A DNA stretch of 64,000 bases from an uncultured Clostridia bacterium (GCA_934633695.1 CAKTYT010000005.1:6865-70864), one strand, 5' to 3'. Shown: positions 1-8,853, numbered from the stretch's first letter. Numbers and translations are program-made. The notes: a model not told the origin generated them from the letters alone.

Positions 1-213
1 TACTGTTACGTATTAATTAAATTCTGCTGAAGATGTTGAATAAGCCAATGAAAACGAAAGGGAATTGGAATCGCAATTTGAGGAAAGCGGCGGCACCACC
101 GACTGATTGAAGCAAGCTTTTTCTGTCCCTTCCGTTGTTTTATGCTCGATTCCGGATGTGTGATTGTTATTTTCCACACCGGCAGTGCTGAAGCTGTTTG
201 CTGTGTTCCCGGG

Positions 214-262
214 TTTTAAAAAATGGCTCCGCCGCACGGTCAAGTGCTGCTGAGCCATTTGC
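214..262 (-). terminator. Rho-independent terminator downstream of rsmG
   Basis: On the minus strand, hairpin AAATGGCTC/GAGCCATTT (260-252 pairs with 229-221) is followed by a T6 run. Confidence 0.55.
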
Positions 263-264
263 AT

Positions 265-978
265 TTAAAGCGGTCTTTTATCGGTCGTACCCGCTTTTCG
301 CGGGTATTTTGCCTTTGTGTTTTCAATTTTATTGACGCAAATTATCTTTCTCTCGCCCCATTCGGCAGGATAGCTTATGATCCTCGCTTCGCCATCCAAT
401 TCCTTTAATGCATTCTGTGCCGCTGCAAGCTCCTGCTCCGCCGAAGGACCCTTGTACATGAGTGATACTCCGCCTTTTTTGACAAACGGTATTGTCCATT
501 CCGCAAGCACATTCACCCCTGCAACCGCACGCGAAAGGGCAATATCGAACTTTTCACGGTATTTCGGGTTCTGTCCCCCGTCCTCCGCACGCGAATGAAC
601 CGTTTCAAATTCAATTCCAAGCTCCGACCTCACCGTCTCGAGAAAGCCGATTCTCTTTGCAAGTGAATCGAGCAGAGTGAGGTTTATATCAGGACGCATC
701 AGCTTCAGCGGAATTCCGGGAAACCCTGCCCCCGTGCCGATGTCAATGCATTTTGCACCCTCCGCTATGAGCTCCATACCTATGATGCTGTCTGCAAAAT
801 GCCGCTGTGCAACGCCGACCGGGTCAGTTATTGCCGTCAAATTCATTCGGTTGTTCCATTCTATCAAGAGTTCATAGTACTTGATAAACTGTTTCATTAC
901 TGAATCGCTCATCTCCGGAACGAGTGACGAAATTTTTTCTCTGACTGCTTCGGATTCAGGTTCAACTGTCTTCTTCAT
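265..978 (-). CDS. rsmG: 16S rRNA (guanine527-N7)-methyltransferase RsmG (GidB)
   Basis: The 237-aa ORF has the SAM motif DIGTGAGFPGIPLK and the WNxxxNLTA N-terminal signature. It overlaps the mnmG stop by 17 nt. An internal Met (MSDSV...) is an alternative start. Confidence 0.9.
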   Translation of the reverse strand: MKKTVEPESEAVREKISSLVPEMSDSVMKQFIKYYELLIEWNNRMNLTAITDPVGVAQRHFADSIIGMELIAEGAKCIDIGTGAGFPGIPLKLMRPDINLTLLDSLAKRIGFLETVRSELGIEFETVHSRAEDGGQNPKYREKFDIALSRAVAGVNVLAEWTIPFVKKGGVSLMYKGPSAEQELAAAQNALKELDGEARIISYPAEWGERKIICVNKIENTKAKYPRKAGTTDKRPL

Positions 979-2848
979 GCCGTTCTCCGTTCGTAATTCC
1001 CATCGATTTAAGCGTTATCATCAGCACCGCCATATCTGCAGGCGAGACGCCTGATATTCTGCTCGCCTGTCCAACATTCATCGGTCTTTGCGAAGAAAGC
1101 TTCTGCCTTGCTTCGATTCTCAAGCCGCTTATGGCATTGTAATCAATATCTTTTGGCAAAATCAAGCTCTCCTGCTTTTTGAACCGTTCAATCTGTTCGT
1201 TTTGTTTTTCTATGTAGCCGCCATAATGAGCCTCTATTTCAACCTGCTCTCTTGCTTCCTTCGAAAGCTCGCCGATTTGAGGATAGAGAGCAAGCAATTC
1301 GGTATAGCTAATATTATTGCGTTTGAGTAGATTTATAATTTTGACTCCCGTCCGAACCGGCGGTTCCCCCTTGCTTTGCAGGAATTCATTCAACACTTCA
1401 CTCGGCGGCACACTCTTCTGCATTGCAGTGACGGCGTTCTGAATTTCTTCTCTTTTACGCATCAGCTTCGTGTACCGTTTATCAGAAATAAGTCCCGTTC
1501 TCCTGCCGAGTTCCGTAAGCCGCAAATCGGCATTATCCTGTCGAAGTACGAGTCTGTATTCCGCTCTGCTCGTCATCATTCTGTATGGTTCATTTGTTCC
1601 CTTTGTTGCAAGGTCGTCCGCCAGAACTCCGATATACGCATCCGATCGTTTAAGAATGAGCGGCGGTTCATCGTCAGCATACAGTGCTGCGTTTATACCT
1701 GCAAGCAAGCCCTGTGCTGCCGCTTCTTCATATCCGCTCGAGCCGTTAAGCTGTCCAGCAAAGAACAGCCCTTCTATTTCCCTTGAACCAAGCCGCAAAT
1801 CGAGTGCAGTAGGGTCGATGCAGTCATATTCGATCGCATAACCGTAACGCATGATTTCACAGCTCTCAAGCCCCGGAATCGTCCTCAGTGCATCACGCTG
1901 CACATCCCTCGGCAGACTCGTTGAAAAGCCTTGAACATACATTTCACTTGTTCCGATCCCCTCCGGTTCAACAAACAACTGATGTCTGTCCTTGTCCTTG
2001 AAACGAACAAGTTTATCTTCAATTGACGGACAATACCGCGTTGCCGCCGCTTTGATCCTGCCGCTGAACATCGGCGATCGGTCAAGGTTATTCAGTATCA
2101 TATCATGCGTTCTCGTATTCGTATAGGTTAGATAGCACGGATACTGTTGTTTACTCAATTCGTCATGGAGAAATGAAAACGGCGGGATCGGTTCATCACC
2201 GTACTGCGGAACCATTTTTGAATAATCAAGACTCCTGCCTGCAACTCTGGGCGGCGTTCCCGTCTTAAACCTTCGCAGGCTGAAACCAAGCTCATTGAGT
2301 GAATCTGATAGTGCGTTTGCCCTGCAAAGTCCTGACGGACCTTCGCTCCTGCTTGTTTCGCCGACATGGATCAAACTTTTAAGATAAACACCTGCACAGA
2401 CGACTACCGCCCTGCATGCATATTCCTCACCGCCGGAACAGCTGATCCCGCACACCTTCCCGTTTTTTACGAAAATGCTCTCGCATTCCGCCTGTCTCAA
2501 CGTCAGGTTTTCCTGCAATTCGAGGATGCGTTTCATCCTTTCATGGTATCTCGCCTTGTCTATTTGTGCTCTGAGCGAATGCACGGCAGGCCCCTTGCCG
2601 AGGTTCAGCATACGCATCTGGATAAATGTTTCGTCTGCCGCAAGTCCCATTTCGCCGCCAAGTGCATCTATCTCACGCACAAGATGCCCCTTGCTGGTAC
2701 CTCCGATTGCAGGGTTGCACGCACAAAGTGCAACTGAATCCAGGTTCAGACATAGACATAGTGTCTTTTTACCCATTCTTGAGCATGCAAGTGCCGCCTC
2801 CACGCCTGCATGACCCGCACCTGCAATAATAATATCAAAACTTTCCGT
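962..2848 (-). CDS. mnmG: tRNA uridine-5-carboxymethylaminomethyl synthesis enzyme MnmG (GidA); 5' end unresolved
   Basis: Full-length MnmG-like translation. The FAD motif FDIIIAGAGHAGVEAA lies upstream of the track's GTG at 2803, so the true start must be between 2833 and 2875. That stretch contains no ATG, GTG or TTG. An AAAGGAG SD is present at 2855-2861. Confidence 0.85.
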   Translation of the reverse strand, partial: TESFDIIIAGAGHAGVEAALACSRMGKKTLCLCLNLDSVALCACNPAIGGTSKGHLVREIDALGGEMGLAADETFIQMRMLNLGKGPAVHSLRAQIDKARYHERMKRILELQENLTLRQAECESIFVKNGKVCGISCSGGEEYACRAVVVCAGVYLKSLIHVGETSRSEGPSGLCRANALSDSLNELGFSLRRFKTGTPPRVAGRSLDYSKMVPQYGDEPIPPFSFLHDELSKQQYPCYLTYTNTRTHDMILNNLDRSPMFSGRIKAAATRYCPSIEDKLVRFKDKDRHQLFVEPEGIGTSEMYVQGFSTSLPRDVQRDALRTIPGLESCEIMRYGYAIEYDCIDPTALDLRLGSREIEGLFFAGQLNGSSGYEEAAAQGLLAGINAALYADDEPPLILKRSDAYIGVLADDLATKGTNEPYRMMTSRAEYRLVLRQDNADLRLTELGRRTGLISDKRYTKLMRKREEIQNAVTAMQKSVPPSEVLNEFLQSKGEPPVRTGVKIINLLKRNNISYTELLALYPQIGELSKEAREQVEIEAHYGGYIEKQNEQIERFKKQESLILPKDIDYNAISGLRIEARQKLSSQRPMNVGQASRISGVSPADMAVLMITLKSMGITNGERHEEDS

Positions 2849-2875
2849 AGTATTCTCCTTTCGGCAGCTGCCGCC

Positions 2876-4198
2876 TCAAAATGCCGCTCCCGTCTCAATA
2901 ACCTTACACTTGAGCTGCAAAAGCTCACTTACATCATCCGGGAACTCAATTCTGACCGCCGTCAAGTGCAGCCCATTCCGTTCTTTTTTGTTGAGAGTTC
3001 TGTCTCCGTATTTATCATCACCAACCAATGGACAGCCAATGTGAGCGAGACTCGCCCTTATCTGATGGGTACGTCCGGTTACAAGTCCAATTTCGATAAG
3101 GCTTCTGTCCCCCCTTCGTTCAATAACACGGCAGTCAGTTATCATTTCAACTGAGCCTGCGACCTTCCTGTCAAAAACAGTCATTTTCGCCTCGGCAGCG
3201 TTCTTTTTACCGAATAGAACCAACCTTTGTACAGCAGGGTTCGGACAGCCGAATACCTCCGCAAGGTATGTTTTCTTAATGCTGTGTTTTTTTATCGCAT
3301 CGGAGAGAATTCTCTCAGTTCTCTCGTTCCTCGCAAATAAAACAAGCCCGCTCGTCATAACATCAAGCCTGTGAACGGGATAAACCCTCCTGTTAAAGGC
3401 ATGAGTGAGACTTGCTTCAACGGCAGATTCGCCCTCGTCTTCAATTGTGCAGGCAAGTCCTGCCTGTTTATTCACACAAATAACATTTTTATCGATATAG
3501 CTGCACCTTATTCCCCAGCAAAGAGCATTAACTTCTTCCTTAAAAGCATCGAAGGCTCCTCCGCTGGGCGTGCAGGTAACTGTCATTTGAGTTTTGAGAG
3601 TCGGATGCTCTATCGTCAAGCTGTATGCATGCAGTGCAATCTGCTGACCCGGCTTTGCCGCTCTGTTGTACCTTTGGTCGCCGTAAATCGGAATCCCATG
3701 CCCCGAAAGCTGAACCCTTATCTGATGGTGACGTCCGCTGTGAAGAAGAATGTCAACAAGACTGTAGCCGTCCTTTGCTGCAACCTTGACCGCTTCAAGC
3801 TTTGCCCTCTTTGCCCCCGGCGTACTTTCTTGGACGATCGCAGAGGTGTTGGTCTGCTCATTTTTAAGAAGCCAATCCTCATACTCAGCATTATATTCTG
3901 CTTCGCCTGCAACGATGGCGGCGTAGCACTTCTTTGTCAGCCTTTTTTTGAAACTCTCCGTAAGCCTTGCAGCGGCCTTACTCGTCCTGGCAAACACAAT
4001 TACGCCGCTGACGGGTCTGTCCAGCCTGTGCACAAGTCCGAGGTAGACCTCACCTGGCTTATTGTATTTTTCCTTTACGTATCCTTTTGCCAAGGTGAGA
4101 AGATCCATGTCGCCCGATGAATCTGCCTGAACCGGAATATTGGCCGGTTTTTCGACGACAAGCAGATGATTATCCTCGTAAATTACTCTCAAGCTCAT
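2876..4198 (-). CDS. Tandem two-domain RluA-family pseudouridine synthase
   Basis: Two complete RluA-like modules are present. Module 1 has HRLDRPVSG and GRHHQIRVQL; module 2 has HRLDVMTSG and GRTHQIRASL. The ATG at 4198 overlaps the upstream stop (ATGA), which I prefer over the track start at 4231. Confidence 0.85.
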   Translation of the reverse strand: MSLRVIYEDNHLLVVEKPANIPVQADSSGDMDLLTLAKGYVKEKYNKPGEVYLGLVHRLDRPVSGVIVFARTSKAAARLTESFKKRLTKKCYAAIVAGEAEYNAEYEDWLLKNEQTNTSAIVQESTPGAKRAKLEAVKVAAKDGYSLVDILLHSGRHHQIRVQLSGHGIPIYGDQRYNRAAKPGQQIALHAYSLTIEHPTLKTQMTVTCTPSGGAFDAFKEEVNALCWGIRCSYIDKNVICVNKQAGLACTIEDEGESAVEASLTHAFNRRVYPVHRLDVMTSGLVLFARNERTERILSDAIKKHSIKKTYLAEVFGCPNPAVQRLVLFGKKNAAEAKMTVFDRKVAGSVEMITDCRVIERRGDRSLIEIGLVTGRTHQIRASLAHIGCPLVGDDKYGDRTLNKKERNGLHLTAVRIEFPDDVSELLQLKCKVIETGAAF

Positions 4199-5067
4199 TT
4201 TTTCGGCTCTCTGTACCATCTTGCAGTGCATCCGCAGGGCAGGATCAAATCATTTTCAGTTATCGGAAGACCGATTTCCCGGGCTTCTATCGTTCCTCCC
4301 ATGCCGCCCATTGCAACCTTGAGAACATTTTGAAGCACTGTCGGAGCAAGCCCCGTCGTGTATGAATTGATAATAAAGAAGCCTGCATCATTGCTCATTA
4401 AATCCCTGCACTCGCTGACGAGGAGGTAAAGTCCGTTTTCAATCCGCCACATCTCCCCATCGGGACCCCTGCCGTAGCTCGGCGGATCCATGAGAATCCC
4501 TTCGTATTCGCGTCCCCTTCGCTTTTCACGCTGAACAAATTTCATGACATCATCAACTATGAATCTCACCGGCCTGTCCGCAAGTCCGGATGCTGCAAGG
4601 TTATTCTTCGCCCATGCAACAATCCCCTTGGCTGCATCCACATGCACGACCTCTGCCCCCGCTGCTGCGAGTGCGACTGTTGCACCGCCCGTATATGCGA
4701 ACAGGTTCAGCACGCGAAATGGTCTTCCCGTTGCATTAATGTGTTTTTCAACAACTGAACGCATGAAATCCCAGTTGACTGACTGTTCGGGAAACAGTCC
4801 TGTATGCTTGAAACCGGTGGGTTTAACGATAAATTTTAAATCACGGTACTGAATTGTCCAGCTTTCCGGAAGTCTTCTGTTAAATGTCCACGCTCCGCCG
4901 CCTGAATTTGAGCGTATGTAGTGGGCATCGTATTCCTTTCCGCTCTCCATCGGCCATATTGCCTGAGGATCCGGTCTAAGCAGCACGACATCTCCCCAGC
5001 GTTCGAGTTTCTCGTCGTTGCCTGCATCAATTATCTCATAATCTTTCCATCCATCTGCAAGATACAT
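4195..5067 (-). CDS. Class I SAM-dependent (rRNA-type, RlmI/RlmK-like) methyltransferase
   Basis: The 290-aa ORF has NLFAYTGGATVALAAAGA (SAM loop) and ILMDPPSYGRG (DPP catalytic motif). It starts 10 nt after the parB stop. Confidence 0.7.
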   Translation of the reverse strand: MYLADGWKDYEIIDAGNDEKLERWGDVVLLRPDPQAIWPMESGKEYDAHYIRSNSGGGAWTFNRRLPESWTIQYRDLKFIVKPTGFKHTGLFPEQSVNWDFMRSVVEKHINATGRPFRVLNLFAYTGGATVALAAAGAEVVHVDAAKGIVAWAKNNLAASGLADRPVRFIVDDVMKFVQREKRRGREYEGILMDPPSYGRGPDGEMWRIENGLYLLVSECRDLMSNDAGFFIINSYTTGLAPTVLQNVLKVAMGGMGGTIEAREIGLPITENDLILPCGCTARWYREPKK

Positions 5068-5077
5068 TGTACTTTCC

Positions 5078-5929
5078 TCACCTATTTCCGCTCATGATCA
5101 GCTCATAGATCCCCTGAAGCTCATCCTTTGAGAAATACTCGATAACAATTTTCCCCTTATCTTCACTGCCCTTAAATGTAACCTTAGTGCCGAGGTGTTC
5201 CCTCATTGCCTCCTGTGCAGTACACATATCGTTCGAAATTGCTGTTTTTTTCGGTTGCTTTTTCGGCAGCTTTCTCTCCTCAAGGAGTGCGTTGACCTGC
5301 TTTTCCGTCTCCCTTACGCTCCAACCTTCCTTGACAGCCTGCTCTGCAAGCCTGCACATGATATCATCATTCGGAATCGATGCGATGACCCGTGCATGCC
5401 CCGCCTGCAATCTGCCGTCAAGCAGGAGCTCCTGTATCTTTTCCGGCATGTTGAGCAGTCGTACTGCATTTGCAACTGCCGACCTGCTTTTGCCAAGTTT
5501 TTTTGACACTTCATCCTGCGTAAGATCGTGTTCATCCATCAATGCCCTTATCGCTGCGGCTTCTTCTATCGGGTTAAGGTTCTCTCTTTGAAGATTTTCT
5601 ACCAGTGCAATTTCCCTAACCTCTTGTTCGTTCAAATCCCTGACTATTACAGGGATTTCATTCAATCCTGCAAGTCTCGCAGCACGATACCGCCTCTCGC
5701 CTGCAACAATGGTGTATCTTTCGCCGCAGCGTCTTACGATAATAGGCTGAACAACACCATGCTGTTCAATACTGTCGGCGAGCTCTCGCAACTTGCTCTC
5801 ATCAAACTGCTTTCTCGGCTGTTCGCTGTTATTGTCAATAAGATAAACGGACACATTATTGATATCTTTCTCCTCTGGTGCGTTGTAGCCTCCGAGAAGT
5901 GCATCCAATCCTTTTCCCAAACCCTTCAT
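5078..5929 (-). CDS. parB: Chromosome partitioning protein ParB/Spo0J
   Basis: The 283-aa ORF has the ParB box GERRYRAARLAG and an HTH (TQDEVSKKLGKSRSAVAN). Confidence 0.92.
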   Translation of the reverse strand: MKGLGKGLDALLGGYNAPEEKDINNVSVYLIDNNSEQPRKQFDESKLRELADSIEQHGVVQPIIVRRCGERYTIVAGERRYRAARLAGLNEIPVIVRDLNEQEVREIALVENLQRENLNPIEEAAAIRALMDEHDLTQDEVSKKLGKSRSAVANAVRLLNMPEKIQELLLDGRLQAGHARVIASIPNDDIMCRLAEQAVKEGWSVRETEKQVNALLEERKLPKKQPKKTAISNDMCTAQEAMREHLGTKVTFKGSEDKGKIVIEYFSKDELQGIYELIMSGNR

Positions 5930-5932
5930 TCT

Positions 5933-6709
5933 CTATTCCTCACGCTTTTCATCATATTCAATCAACTCTTCCGCCAAGTTCACATAAGCTTTTGCCGCAG
6001 AGCATTTTGCGTCGTAAAGCGTTATCGGCAAACCAAAGCTCGGAGCCTCTCCCAGCCTCACCGAACGCGGGATAATAGTTTCGTACACCTTGTTTTTAAA
6101 AAACTTTTTGACCTCCCCTACGACTTGGTTTGATAATTTTGTTCTCGCATCGTACATTGTCATGACGACGCCTTCAACATCAAGCTCAGGATTTAGGTTC
6201 ATTCGAACCAGTCTCACAGTGTTCATAAGCTGCGAAAGTCCCTCGAGAGCATAATATTCACACTGTATGGGAACGAGCAGCGTGTCTGCCGCCGTCAGTG
6301 CATTGAGAGTAAGCAAGCCCAATGACGGAGGGCAGTCGGCAAATATGTAATCATACTGATGTTGTACACCACGCAGTGCATTCTTCATTTTATGCTCTCT
6401 CGCCATCAGACTGACAAGCTCAACCTCTGCTCCGGCAAGTTCTATTCTCGATGGAATAACATGCAGTGTCGGGATTCTCGTCTGCAAAACAATTTTTTCT
6501 GCATTGATTCCATTGATCAACATATCGTAAACGCTGTACTTGCACTCATCCTTTTCAATGCCGATTCCACTCGTTGCGTTTCCCTGCGGGTCCATATCTA
6601 TAAGCAAAACTCTCTTGCCCTGCTGAGCACAGCATGCGGCAAGGTTGACGGCTGTCGTCGTCTTTCCGACTCCGCCTTTTTGGTTTGCAATTGCAATTAT
6701 CTTAGCCAT
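5933..6709 (-). CDS. parA: Chromosome partitioning ATPase ParA/Soj
   Basis: The 258-aa ORF has the deviant Walker A KGGVGKTT. It ends 3 nt upstream of parB. Confidence 0.92.
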   Translation of the reverse strand: MAKIIAIANQKGGVGKTTTAVNLAACCAQQGKRVLLIDMDPQGNATSGIGIEKDECKYSVYDMLINGINAEKIVLQTRIPTLHVIPSRIELAGAEVELVSLMAREHKMKNALRGVQHQYDYIFADCPPSLGLLTLNALTAADTLLVPIQCEYYALEGLSQLMNTVRLVRMNLNPELDVEGVVMTMYDARTKLSNQVVGEVKKFFKNKVYETIIPRSVRLGEAPSFGLPITLYDAKCSAAKAYVNLAEELIEYDEKREE

Positions 6710-6784
6710 TATGCTCTCGGTCCTTTCTTATCGTTCAAACCATTGATTCATCCTCAAAATCACGAAAATGCTTCATTCTCTTGA

Positions 6785-6813
6785 ATTATACACTGTTTGG
6801 TGCATCATGGCAA
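6785..6813 (-). promoter_or_regulatory. Sigma-A-type promoter of the parAB operon
   Basis: On the minus strand: TTGCCA, 17 nt, TATAAT, about 75 nt upstream of the parA ATG. Confidence 0.55.
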
Positions 6814-6840
6814 GTCTCTGAGCCTCCGAAAACAAAAAAA

Positions 6841-6856
6841 TGTTTCACGTGAAACA
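6841..6856. promoter_or_regulatory. parS centromere site (perfect palindrome)
   Basis: TGTTTCACGTGAAACA matches the Firmicute parS consensus TGTTNCACGTGAAACA. Confidence 0.9.
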
Positions 6857-6877
6857 TTTCTGCATGGTCTGCCCGGT

Positions 6878-6893
6878 TGTTTCACGTGAAACA
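6878..6893. promoter_or_regulatory. parS centromere site (second perfect copy)
   Basis: An identical 16-mer TGTTTCACGTGAAACA lies 37 bp from the first copy. Confidence 0.9.
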
Positions 6894-6904
6894 AATCACA
6901 TTGT

Positions 6905-7606
6905 CTATTTAATAATTCCTTCAGCAAACTGTGGAGTACAATCGGTCACGTCTTCTGTAAAGCAATATTTAACATCTCCGGCAAAACCCATTCTCAACAG
7001 TCTGTTGCAATGAAATGTTTTGGTAATATCAAATTCGCCTTGTTTCCACGACTTATAGAGATGCTCGCAAATTATTGCCATATCTGTCAATGTAATATCC
7101 TTCATTGCCTTGAGCTTGTCGATTATTGCCCCTGCCGTCATCAGATCGTCAGCCGACTGCTTTCCTTCCGTACCGGAACACAGGATCAAAACATCTTTGC
7201 CTATCTCAGCGGCTTTCTTTGCCGCTGCACCGGCATTTATCATTGCACCGAGTATAAGCGTGTCCGCCGCTTCAGCCTTTTCAATAGCCGATGTTCCATT
7301 CGTCGTGCTCATCACGACAAATTTACCCTCAACATTCGCCTTTGAATACTCAAGCGGAGAATTGCCGACATCGAAACCGTCAATTTTAACCGCCTTGCGT
7401 TCACCTCCGAGAATACAATTCTCCCTTCCCTTTCGACGTGCAAATTCTCGTGCACTTTCAATATCCTTGAACGCAGCAACCGCTTTTGCACCATTTGAGA
7501 CAGCGGTTACCATACTCGTAGTGCAGCGTAAAACATCAATAACAATGACAGTCAGGTCTTTTAAACACGGAAGAGCTTCTCCGTTCGTGACAACATCAAT
7601 TTTCAT
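6905..7606 (-). CDS. 2-phosphosulfolactate phosphatase (ComB) family protein
   Basis: Translation from MKIDVVTNGE... contains VIDVLRCTTS, typical of the ComB family. A GGAGGTGA SD sits 5 nt upstream of the ATG at 7606. The track start at 7774 adds an implausible basic extension. Confidence 0.7.
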   Translation of the reverse strand: MKIDVVTNGEALPCLKDLTVIVIDVLRCTTSMVTAVSNGAKAVAAFKDIESAREFARRKGRENCILGGERKAVKIDGFDVGNSPLEYSKANVEGKFVVMSTTNGTSAIEKAEAADTLILGAMINAGAAAKKAAEIGKDVLILCSGTEGKQSADDLMTAGAIIDKLKAMKDITLTDMAIICEHLYKSWKQGEFDITKTFHCNRLLRMGFAGDVKYCFTEDVTDCTPQFAEGIIK

Positions 7607-7653
7607 ACCGTCACCTCCTTGCAGACGTATTATATACGCACCAATGCAAGTTT

Positions 7654-8172
7654 TCAAGCACTTATCGTCGGCATGATTTTTGCAAGATAAACTGCACTTA
7701 CAACGCCTGCTATTCCGCTCAGTACTGCGACGGGAATTGCGTGTCGTGTTCGCCTTATGTTTACACTTCCGCAATAGAGAGCAACTGTGTACATTATCGT
7801 TTCGGTCGAACCTACGCAGATAGAAGCAGCTCTTCCGATAAAACTATCGGGTCCGTATTGATTCAAAACATCCTTGAGCACAGCAAGTGCCGCACTTCCC
7901 GAAAAAGGCCGTATAACAATGAGCGTAGCAAGTTCAACCGGAATGCCCATCAGCTTAAATACCGGAGCTAGAAGCTCATTTAGAATATCAATCGAGCCTG
8001 AAGACCTAAATACGCTTATCGTCATAAGCATTGCCCCAAGGTACGGAATAACTCCAATAACTGTCGGAATTGCCTCCTTTGCACCTTCACAAAACGCTGC
8101 ATAAGGATCAACACCCCTGATCAGGGCATAAATAAAGAGCAGAATTATTAAGCAGGGAATAACATAGTTCAA
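7654..8172 (-). CDS. spmB: Spore maturation protein B (nucleoside-recognition/Gate domain)
   Basis: A 172-aa polytopic membrane protein with SpmB-like sequence. Its start overlaps the spmA stop. Confidence 0.75.
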   Translation of the reverse strand: MNYVIPCLIILLFIYALIRGVDPYAAFCEGAKEAIPTVIGVIPYLGAMLMTISVFRSSGSIDILNELLAPVFKLMGIPVELATLIVIRPFSGSAALAVLKDVLNQYGPDSFIGRAASICVGSTETIMYTVALYCGSVNIRRTRHAIPVAVLSGIAGVVSAVYLAKIMPTISA

Positions 8173-8753
8173 AATTCATGCCCCCGTTTTCCTTTTCCGA
8201 TTTTCTCAAATACTTTGCAGAGCAGAATAGCCGCCACTGCGGAAATAACCGATGAAGCAAAGGTCGCAGGAGCAATAGCCATTGAGTCAACCGAACCACA
8301 TGCGGAACGAATCGCAATTACAGTTGTCGGAAGCAATTCGACAGCGGATGAATTTAATGCAAGAAACATGCAGATATTGTTTGAAGCAACACTCATCCCC
8401 TCCCTATTCAGCTGCTTCATTGCTTCAATACCGAACGGCGTTGCTGCATTGCCAAGACCGAAAAAATTAGCTGCAAGATTTAGCGTTACAGGTGCTGCGG
8501 CGGAACCGATGTTCGGCATAACAAACCGGAGCGGCCGTTCCGCAGCGTGTGCAAGCTTATCAATAATGCCTGCCGCCTTACACACATTCATGATTCCCAT
8601 CCACATAATGTACGAACCTGCAAGCGAGATTGAAAGCTCAACAGCAGAATCGGCACCCATCAGCATGTAGTCAAAAGCCAATGAGGGTCCGGTTTCAAGA
8701 ACGCATTTTGCGATGCCTGCAACAAGCATGATTGTAAAGATCCATCCCATCAT
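8169..8753 (-). CDS. spmA: Spore maturation protein A
   Basis: Contains NFFGLGNAATPFG, as in SpmA. I prefer the ATG ATG at 8753 over the TTG at 8771. Confidence 0.75.
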   Translation of the reverse strand: MMGWIFTIMLVAGIAKCVLETGPSLAFDYMLMGADSAVELSISLAGSYIMWMGIMNVCKAAGIIDKLAHAAERPLRFVMPNIGSAAAPVTLNLAANFFGLGNAATPFGIEAMKQLNREGMSVASNNICMFLALNSSAVELLPTTVIAIRSACGSVDSMAIAPATFASSVISAVAAILLCKVFEKIGKGKRGHEF

Positions 8754-8798
8754 GCTAAAGCCTATGCACAAGCTCGCTCAATATTCGGTGCATCTCAT

Positions 8799-8814
8799 TG
8801 TTTCACGAGAAACA
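8799..8814. promoter_or_regulatory. Degenerate parS-like site
   Basis: TGTTTCACGAGAAACA has one mismatch (T to A at position 10) to the two perfect sites. Confidence 0.5.
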
Positions 8815-8841
8815 AAAAAAACGGCAGGACGTGCCTGCCGT
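8813..8841 (-). terminator. Rho-independent terminator after the acidic-protein gene
   Basis: On the minus strand, ACGGCAGG-cacgt-CCTGCCGT is followed by T8. Confidence 0.75.
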
Positions 8842-8853
8842 AATTTACAAAAC

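Noticed and set aside
13-264. An 83-aa minus-strand ORF at the window edge, plus a 25-aa basic plus-strand peptide ORF at about 34-111.
   Set aside because: The 83-aa ORF begins inside the rsmG terminator hairpin and has no SD. Both show no family resemblance and are too short to support.
2876-2878. The possibility that the in-frame TGA between the RluA gene and mnmG reflects a TGA-sense genetic code (code 4 or 25).
   Set aside because: Other genes in the window terminate cleanly at TGA with normal protein lengths. Examples are the methyltransferase at 4195-4197 and the SatD-like gene at 59841-59843. TGA is therefore a genuine stop in this organism.
8759-8786. A possible sigma-E-type promoter (AATATT, 13 nt, CATAGGCT) for spmAB.
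   Set aside because: The -10 would end only 6 nt from the spmA ATG, leaving no room for a leader or SD. The geometry is implausible without experimental support.
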